Shown: positions 9,364 to 17,514 of the stretch, in pieces
How positions within the stretch are numbered: the stretch's first letter is position 1
How the letters are laid out: each line of letters opens with the position of its first letter
Source: Azolla caroliniana
Lineage: Eukaryota > Plantae > Polypodiophyta
DNA: 17,514 bases
Assembly (NCBI GenBank): GCA_043228905.1
Contig: JBHGNT010000692.1
Location: forward strand, 1-17,514
Direction of reading: 5' to 3'
Position numbers and translations under genes: made by a program
The notes under the pieces: generated by a model
Database searches by the model: none
What the model was told of the DNA's origin: nothing
Seen by the model: only the letters and a program-made list of their open reading frames with translations

Positions 9364-9950
9364 TGTATATATACATAAATTTGTACATACTCGCATACAT
9401 ATAAGTATGAATTGATATACAGATACAAATGTCTTTACATATATGTATGTATGTGTGTGTAATATGACATGATAATTAGGAAAAAAAACTCTATGTGATG
9501 ATTCAATCCATATTATATTCGTGCCTCAAATCTAGATGATAGACAAGGTCCCATGATAATTGTATGTGTAGAAACAAAGAAGGTATTGCATTTGTTCAAT
9601 GGACCTGAAGAATCACAATTGACTAAATCATCCAGGAGGGGTAGTTCACTAGATACAAATTAAAACTAAAATTTTGTTTAATCCTAGTTTCAAAGTTTAT
9701 ACGTATAAAGTAGTTGTGAGGTAAAAATATGGGAACTGACTGTCGTTTTCAATTCAAGCCATACTGTTTTAAAGTCTTTGAGAAGATTCTGACGATCAAA
9801 ATTCTTCCTTGATCCCTTATTTGTTTGACGGAAGTAGTATCTCTAAATACACTGATAAGGTGATTCTATGCATTTTCAGATCAAAGCTAAATTCCATTCC
9901 TAGTTATTAAAGTAATGTAATAGCTTCTTAATTGTGCATATGCCATGCAG

Positions 9951-10050
9951 ATTGACTGCATCTTGTTTTCCCTTTGAGGGTTCAGTTTACAAGCAGGAAC
10001 TTGAAGCAGCAGTTGATGTAGTGGAAAAAGCATGTCACCTATGCAATACT
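9951..10050 (+). CDS. Exon 2 of PAP phosphatase (LTASCFPFEGSVYKQELEAAVDVVEKACHLCNT)
   Basis: TGCAG acceptor and GTATGT donor. YxxELxxAVxxVxxAxxLC is the first helix of Hal2/SAL1-type enzymes. Confidence 0.92.
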
Positions 10051-10239
10051 GTATGTTATCAGTTTTGTTCTATGATCATCATATCATGTCTTCATTTAAA
10101 CTTGTTAGAGTTCAAAATTATTTATAGGGTTTCATATATAACTTGGACATACAGCATCTATATCATCATGATTTATGAACTTTTTGAGGTCTTTCATAAT
10201 ACTGTTTATTGAGAGCACGAGCACCTGATTCTAGATAAA

Positions 10240-12620
10240 TACAAGACTTCCATGTAGGATGAGATTGTGATCGTCAAAGGAAAATTCTCAATCATGGTGA
10301 ATTAACAGTAAGAACTTTTCGATGACTTGACAATGTTTAAAGATGCCCCAAATAAACATGTAAATTATTTTGATAAATGTAAGTAATTTATTATACCAAA
10401 TCTAGGTTGCATTACACACAAAGATAGGCTATAAACATGTAAAGCTAGGTTGACACATCCAAAGGATTTGATCAACCAAACATGTCGTTTCACATAAGTA
10501 TTTAAAGTTCTTGCAGGTTCCAGATGCTTTTAGATGAAATCTTCACAAAGTGTAATATTTGTGTGAGCCTCCTTTCCATATTCTCTCATATACAGGGGTG
10601 TTTTTAAACCAATCCCATTTGGCTGTTCAAGTGACTTTTTAATGCTTCAGAATAATGTCTTAATAGTGAGTGCTAATGTATGGAAAGATTCACAAAGCCA
10701 TACAGCCAGTGCATACTTTTGGATTCCTGAATTTAATATTTTGCTACTTCGTATAAACTCTACAGAGAAACTCAAAGGACTTACACCCAATGTTCAAGGA
10801 GTTGGGAAAAAACATGATGCTATATTATCAGTAATAATTTTCGTAAGAGTAAATGTACAACAATTTAGCTTTGAGGATTTGGAGGCATATATTTAATTAA
10901 AGATAGTCTGCATCCATGTCTCCATAAACAAGAAAATAAATGCATTTTTTGTTAACTCCTTAGGTACATAACTACGTAAAATATTTATCCATATCCTTGT
11001 GTTTGTAAACAAGAAATTAGATTTGGCTAGTGTTAAAATACATCAAATAGTTTTAGGATTATGTCATAGTGGATCATAGTTTCACTCTTTGGAACCAGAT
11101 GCTCATACCACACAATTTACATGAAAATAAACGTTCATTTATGGGTGAATTTCATACAACTATGTACATCTATAACAACCAATTGTTGAAATACAAGTAC
11201 TTTCCTAAGCAGAGTTTTTAATGGAAATAATATGTAGGATAAATTGCACATAAATATCTGATAATAACTGCATTACTCTATCTGGCTAAAAAGCAGACTT
11301 CAAGTATGTGCTTGTGTCAGGCCACTCTTTAATAATTTATGATCAAGATCGAGTTAATCCTTAGAAACAATGTGATTCAAGTATTCTATTTTCGTCTGGC
11401 TACCAAGGATTGACATAATGCTACATAAGTGTAAGAAATAGAAAAGTAATATCTAGATGTTGGGCATTACTCTCATTTCTTCGATAAACCATAATGGTAT
11501 TAAAGAAAACAACACAATCCTAATGTTCAAGAATTCTGTCTGCTGGACGTTTTGCAATCAAATGTGGTGAATGCATGGATCCAAATTATGTTCAAATTGG
11601 GCTTTTATAAATATGAAAGGAGAAAATTCAAATGTAATGGTAATGAGCCTTGAATAAATTTGACTAAAGTAGAAAATTATATCAAGCTGTAACAATAATC
11701 TTAGTATGATTATGGTCAATATAGTTCCCAAGTCAACCAAATAGTGAACTATTTGGTTGAATTGGATCCCTTTCAAAGTTCCTTGGATTTTTTTTTGTAT
11801 TATTGTTTTAGAAGTACTTGACTGAACTGTTTGGGATATTTGCAAAGTTCTTTCTCTGGTTGGAAAACAATAGGTCACTTACGTGAGATATCTAGCAGCA
11901 TGTGGTCTGAATGCTACATTGGTACTTAGCATTACAGTCAGAAATTTGAATGATGAGAATTCTGCTACGGATAGAATTTGATTTTCAAAAGTTCAATTGT
12001 GCACTCTAACCTCTGACAAAGGTCTCCTATTATTTATAAGAAAACCTCATCTCTGGCATGATTTACAAATGCAACTCTTCCTGATGAAAGTTGACACAGA
12101 AACAGAGAATGATGACAAATGTCTTCATCAGTAGTCTCCACGCAAGAGAACATATGTGTGCATTAAATTTTGATTCCAGCTTAGCAACTACCCTCAAGAT
12201 ATGTCTATGTGAAAGGAGATCACGTATAATCCTGGTTTACTTCTGATTGGAAGGGCACATAAGTATTAATACGGCCTATTGCTTATGGTGGAGGTTTAAT
12301 AAGATCCTAATAATATTTCGGCAACCACCACAATATGCACTTAATATCCAACTCAAGAACAATAAATTAGGAAAAAATTCAGAGTTCCTCAGCTTCTATT
12401 GTTGCTCTTTGTAACCGAAAATGGGCTCTGATGTAGATATGAATGGTGATGTTTACTTATTAAATTAGGAATGGAAGTTTGAGTGCTGTTTCAATGACTC
12501 AATTTACAGTTAATATGAAATGCAAGAACAATGAATTTTCTTGGATCTTGAGTTTGATGACGAAACTAATGGTAGCATCTATGAAGTTTAACGTCCGTGC
12601 ATGATAATAGAATGTGGATT
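10240..12620 (-). mobile_element. Highly degraded L1-type LINE ORF2 remnant (endonuclease + reverse transcriptase), antisense in intron 2
   Basis: Minus-strand motif ghosts in the expected order and spacing: INTYVP 12270-12253 (NxYAP), SDHM 11910-11899, KIITDNIA..VSP..FIRSSKILN from 10841 (YKII..LA..SP..F..GR.I.DN), KWDWF near 10620, FDDHNLIL from 10278 (YADD). Many stops and indels; boundaries approximate. Confidence 0.55.
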
Positions 12621-13232
12621 TCTTTTAAACCATTGTTGGATGTGGTGCAAATCCAAAGTTCAGATATGTTGAAGGTTGATATGTTACCAAGTGAATGGCA
12701 TAGTATGAAGGTACATCTCTCTCTAACTAACGTAGCATTGAACGCTGTTGACAATATTGCCAAGGCTCCTTGAACTCAAAAGTCTCAGACTGAAAATAAT
12801 TATGGGACATCCTTTTTGGCTTTTAAGGTAGGATGGCCATAATTAATGGTGATTATAAGTTTTGTTCTCAAAATAGTATAGGTTTTCGTTTTTTGAATAT
12901 CACTACTATATGCAAGCATACATTATATTGGATTTTTTTAAGCATCAATGGATACACATCGTTCTGCTGCATATAAAGCACTCATGGGATCAATTTGAAG
13001 TTTTACTCGAACATTATAATTTGACTTGTGTTAAAGAGTCTAATGCTCCTTTAGACACTTGAACCGTTTGAAGGTTAATCATCTAACATCTTCAAAATTT
13101 CTTGGAATGTACATTATCTATAGATAGTTCTTGATCTAGATTCGTTTACTGTATTTCCTTTTGTTACTGGAAAGAAGTTTGGATTGATAGAAAACTTGTG
13201 AACAAGAAACTTACATATTATTATTTGAACAG

Positions 13233-13335
13233 GTGCGCAAATCTATGATTGTGGATGGGGAAGAACAAATGAACAAGAGTGATCAAACTCCAGTTACAGT
13301 TGCAGACTTTGGCATTCAAGCCCTTGTTAGCATGG
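13233..13335 (+). CDS. Exon 3 of PAP phosphatase (VRKSMIVDGEEQMNKSDQTPVTVADFGIQALVSM)
   Basis: Contains the KxDxTPVTVADFG family motif. ACAG acceptor and GTACAA donor, phase 0 to 1. Confidence 0.95.
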
Positions 13336-13663
13336 GTACAAATGTGACCTAGAATTTTAATTGCTCGAGTTATGATCCGATTTTGAGATAGTTGAAATTC
13401 TAAGAGATATCTTAGAGCATATCTGTTATAATTTAAGATTCTCTTTACATAAATCAGATATGTGGTCAGGTTGCTGCCTTAAATGCAGTCCAGCGTTGAC
13501 ATTATTAATCACTAACTTGAAAATATGGTGCATGTTTATAGTAAGCAATTGTGGGGATTTAGAATTATAGCACATAGCTAGCATAATTCGTATGTGGTCA
13601 TAACGCTTGCACGTTTTGTGCATAGATTCCACACCTCAATTGTTGCGACTTCTTGTATCACAG

Positions 13664-13917
13664 AACTTGGGCGACTATTTCCTTCAATTCCTCTTGTTGC
13701 AGAGGAGGATGCTAGTTACCTGAGAATGGATCTTAAAGAAGCAGAGAGTGCAAAGGCATACAAAACGCCTTTAGTGGACATGGTTGTAGAGGCTGTATCA
13801 AAAGTGACATCCACAGCAGTTGGACCTGTGACGAACGATATAATCTTGGAAGCAATTGATAGAGGTGGAGATCTTTCTTCTGACACCCATTTCAGAAAGG
13901 AAACACCCACATTTTGG
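13664..13917 (+). CDS. Exon 4 of PAP phosphatase (ELGRLFPSIPLVAEED...EAIDRGG...TFW)
   Basis: Contains metal-binding VAEED and AIDRG motifs. ACAG acceptor and GTAAGT donor, phase 1 to 0. Confidence 0.95.
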
Positions 13918-15043
13918 GTAAGTACATACACTCGTTCTTCTCCAATAAACACTGTTCTAGTAATAGGTTGAATGCAAATTATCTAGTAAAGCACTGTAAA
14001 AGGGATGTATAAGAAACGGGGAAAGATCTGCTGCTTTTGTGTTGTATCCTCTGGCTCTTCCCCTTTCCACCATCTATTTGGGTTTGCTATCAGTTTGCAA
14101 GTGAAAATTTGACCTTCCAACCTCTTTCTTACAAGTGCTACATTCCTGTTTGTGTATTCACTACCCATAGGCAACCTTTTTCTCTTCTGCTTCTAACCTC
14201 TCCATTGATAGATGCTTGCCACTACTTACAGTAAAACATTGGAGGTCACATCTAAACCTTACCAATATCACAACACGAAAAATCTTGAAAATCAAAACAA
14301 TTCCAAGACCTACCTTGCATGTGCATTGTGTAGTGTACTAGTGGCTATATACAAATGGATTTGTATTAATCTGATTATGTGGGGGAAACATAAACAAGAT
14401 GGAAAACCACAAGAACGTGCAAATATCAACTAGTGGAGGCTAAGATATTATTCGGAAACTAATAAAAAAATGGTAAAGAGGGTGCTAGAACATTGTGCAC
14501 ATGTCAACGCCATCCACAGAAGGTAGCACTTGATATGTTACTCCTGACAATTTTGGTTTTTTAGATATTGTCAAGATAGTTCCCGATGATAAGAATGAGG
14601 AATCCCTACAATCCTTCTCGGCAACCTGATTAGCCTAGGAATTTAGGAGTTGTAAATTTCATCAAAACTGATAAGTAGTAAACAATGGGCACTCTTCCCT
14701 AGTGAACTGAAGATACCTAAGATATGACTAATGACCTGAGTAGGAATGGTGTATCAGTTTGTTTGGGCTATGAGATTCTGAACTTGATGCTACACTTTGA
14801 AGTTTGAACTGGGCACAACTTCACTGCATGATTGGTATTGCATATTCAACTTACATTCTGCAGCATTAAATATTCCACATTTTAGTGAGAGTAATCTTTT
14901 TTTTCATTGCGTTCTTATCCTGCTATGGCTGACCGAGATATTTGAAGGGTGCTTGACTGTTTGACTGCAATTTGAGAAATGCATGGCATATGCTGGTTTT
15001 TAATATGTGTGCTATAATTCTGTCTATGTTTCTTATTGTATAG

Positions 15044-15103
15044 GTGCTGGATCCAATAGATGGAACACGTGGATTCTTGGAAGGTGGAGATTCCTTGTAT
15101 GTG
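15044..15103 (+). CDS. Exon 5 of PAP phosphatase (VLDPIDGTRGFLEGGDSLYV)
   Basis: Contains the IMPase-family signature W-VLDPIDGTRGF. TAG acceptor and GTATGA donor. Confidence 0.97.
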
Positions 15104-15281
15104 GTATGATTGATGTTTCTTCACCTTTCATTTTTTCTCTCCCTTTGGGTTTTTGTTCAACCTCTAGGGTTGTTCGTATGAAGCTATATTAGCTTTAATA
15201 TGAAGCTTAAAGCAGTACAATCACATTGCATCTAAAAAGTGATCCATTCTTTTAAGTAGCTTTCACAATTTATATGCTCAG

Positions 15282-15682
15282 ATTGGCTTGGCATTGGTGG
15301 TAAATGGAAGATTAGTTCTAGGAGTTATGGGTTGTCCATCTGTCACACATTGTAAAATGAAATCCAGGACAGGTAGACGCCTAATACAATCTTTGGACAA
15401 GTTAATGAAACAACAAAGCGAAGAAATTTCGGGGGTCCTTGTAGCTGCATGCAATGGCCATGGAAGTTGGATTAAGCCTTTGTCACTTGTGGGACAAGGA
15501 ACTAATACGAGTTTGGTGGATCAAGAATTTGTACAATGTTTGGTAGATGGAAGCACTACATTGGACACAGCATGGTGTGGTCTGTCACGACATGAAGATT
15601 GGGATTTATCTCCTCTGGCACATATCATGGATTCAAATTCAGTATTTTGTAGCGATTTTGTCCTCCATTTCTGTTGTGGAAG
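15282..15682 (+). CDS. Exon 6 of PAP phosphatase (IGLALVVNGRLVLGVMGCP...HFCCGS)
   Basis: Contains GLALxxxGxxxLGVMGCP and GxGSW motifs. CAG acceptor and AG|GTAGTT donor, phase 2. Confidence 0.95.
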
Positions 15683-15754
15683 GTAGTTTTGCCTTTTTAT
15701 AATGTGTCAGTTACATTGTCGAAATGTTAATACTGAATGCAGAGTGTGGTGCAG

Positions 15755-15830
15755 TCTTTGCAAATATATGGCTGTTGCTGTTGGAGCTGTTTCTGTTGTT
15801 CTACTTCCGCAGGTCAAAAAGCATATTAAG
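15755..15830 (+). CDS. Exon 7 of PAP phosphatase (SLCKYMAVAVGAVSVVLLPQVKKHIK); the remaining WDHA exon(s) lie beyond the window
   Basis: Splicing yields CCGSLCKY, which I recognise from the plant 'putative PAP-specific phosphatase, mitochondrial' (At4g05090-like) subfamily rather than SAL1 (SQAKY). AAG|GTTAAT donor. Confidence 0.9.
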
Positions 15831-16194
15831 GTTAATGATTCAACTGTTCTGAACACTGTGCATTAATTATAGAGTACTCTATGCCCTTACCTTTTTATAT
15901 TCTCTTAATAGAAATCATCAATCTTCCTGGTATTTTGTTTTGGCGTTTCGTATTTTCGATAAAATATTCAAAGCTGTCCTGGTGGTTGCATTGTGGGAGT
16001 TAGGGAAACAGTTCAAAGAAAACACTAAGCAGTGTGCACATTGCACGTGGAATATTTTCTAAAAGCATTTTCTATTTTTTGCAGTTTGCCTATAGTAATA
16101 TAACATTATGCTAGTGGGTCTTGAAGACCTCTTGTATCCATGAGTTCTAGGATGATTCAAGCTAAAACATCTGTATCCACAAGATTATCAAGGC

Positions 16195-16661
16195 TGATAC
16201 AGCTACTATTAGGGGTAGATCCTAGTGTAAGCATATGATAAAGAATTAATGGATAGATAGATAGAGAGGAGAGAGAGAAAGAAGGGTGCCGATCCACCTG
16301 ACCATCCTGAGCGAAGGGATCGAGACGGACTCAAGCCTTGATCGGCGTCCCATACCATCGCCGTGGTGTCGAGTCATACCTGGTACTGGCGCGCTCGCTA
16401 CAAGAGTTTGATCACCACGAGTTTAGAGTCTCGATGTAGTCAAGAGATGTCAAATGAGGGTAGTTAGGCCCCATATTTATAGCCAAGCCTAAGGGCCCCA
16501 GGCAAGTTCACACTTGGCCTTAATGGGTTGTCTCAATCCTAAGGATTAAAGGTAATCCTTCCCTTCCTTACACTCTCGTTTAACCCTCACACTTTATCCA
16601 CGTGTATAGAATACTACGGTACAATCTTACCACGGGATATTATATGGTCATGCCTGTAACA
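16195..16661 (-). mobile_element. Probable solo LTR (about 467 bp), family unknown
   Basis: TG...CA ends with a 7/8 inverted match (TGATACAG vs TGTTACAG). Minus-strand CTATAAATA at 16474-16482, followed on that strand by a GC-richer segment and a CT tract. No clean TSD, so the ends are tentative. Confidence 0.5.
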
Positions 16662-16676
16662 GCTGCACCAGTAATA

Positions 16677-17154
16677 TGACAAGAACTGTACGCTCCTTAT
16701 GCGCAACGCTCGGCCACAACCGAGCTTAGAATCATACACAGAAAAACAGGAAATAAAGCATGACACGAAGAAGAAAAGAGTGCACAGGATGTTTACGTGG
16801 AAAACCCAAACTAAGGGAAAAACCACGGCAGCCCACAGGCTGCAAACTATCACTACGTTGGAATGTACAAACAATGAGTTCACGGAGGCAACGACCTCGT
16901 GCTCACGATCTTCGCCACAGGTGGCGGTTACAACAGAGGCAACGCCCTCTTTCTCTCTCTCTCTCTCTGTACATTGTTACGTGCTCTCTCTTCTTCTTGC
17001 ACCAACAAAATGACAACAACACCAACCACTAAAAGTTTGCCCTAAGTTATATTTATACTAATATGACTTTTCGGCTATTTACAAATATAGCCTCAATGGA
17101 CTCTTAGAAACATGTTCTTCTCCCTTCCCATCCGGAGGGACCTGTCTCCCAACA
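16677..17154 (-). mobile_element. Solo LTR (478 bp), probably Ty1/Copia
   Basis: TG...CA termini with a perfect 5-bp TSD TAATA (16672-16676 and 17155-17159). Minus-strand TATAAATA at 17050-17057. TTTACGTGGAAAACCC...GGGAAAAACCACG (16792-16827) is a motif I recognise from plant Copia LTRs. Confidence 0.88.
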
Positions 17155-17514
17155 TAATATTCATAGAATTTTTAGTCTAATTAGTGTCCCATCTTCATAA
17201 AAAAAGAGAGTCTCAACATATTTATGCCAGGTTAGATTTGGAGTCCTTCAATCAGTTGGCAGGTGAGGGTGAAACTTCATGTCGGTATGTCCAACTGTGG
17301 TTTGAGCTCTATTGTTTCATCATAGACAGGGTACCTCTGTTCTAGTACTTCTTAGATAGACTATCTCATACTTTCTCAGAGATTAGCAAAGTCATCTTAC
17401 AATATTGCCTTGAGCTAGAGACGAGGACGTACTGCAAACGTGTGCAGAAGTTACTCATGGAGATGGTCTTTTATTGAGGCATATTCTGCATTGAGGATGA
17501 TTTATACTGCAACT

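Noticed and set aside
14000-14760. Possible LTR/MITE fragments in intron 4
   Set aside because: The composition is suggestive, but I found no convincing termini, TSD or coding motifs.
8677-15830. Assigning gene symbol SAL1/FRY1 or AHL
   Set aside because: The CCGSLCKY motif points to the separate At4g05090-like subfamily, and orthology needs a phylogeny.
16614-17032. Three overlapping 89-104 aa ORFs
   Set aside because: They lie within a solo LTR and show no protein motifs.

Overview
AT-rich eukaryotic DNA, most likely from a land plant (spliceosomal introns, telo-boxes, plant-type LTRs). The left half is decayed DNA-transposon sequence. Positions 1-~2110 hold the 3' part of an unclassified element: a stop-disrupted ORF with a BAH-like motif and subterminal repeats. 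Positions ~2360-8580 hold a probable Mutator-like element (MULE) carrying an intron-containing Ulp1/C48 SUMO-protease pseudogene, an 8 x 44-bp tandem array and a broken transposase (HHCC-like, WRKY-GCM1/FAR1-type Zn finger, MULE DDE, SWIM). The right half is the first seven exons (8677-15830, + strand, 3' end outside the window) of an inositol monophosphatase-family 3'(2'),5'-bisphosphate nucleotidase / PAP phosphatase with a transit peptide. Its ATG lies under 100 bp from the truncated transposase. Its introns contain an ancient antisense L1 LINE, a TSD-flanked Copia-type solo LTR and an adjacent LTR-like segment. All calls come from manual motif reading; no database searches were run.
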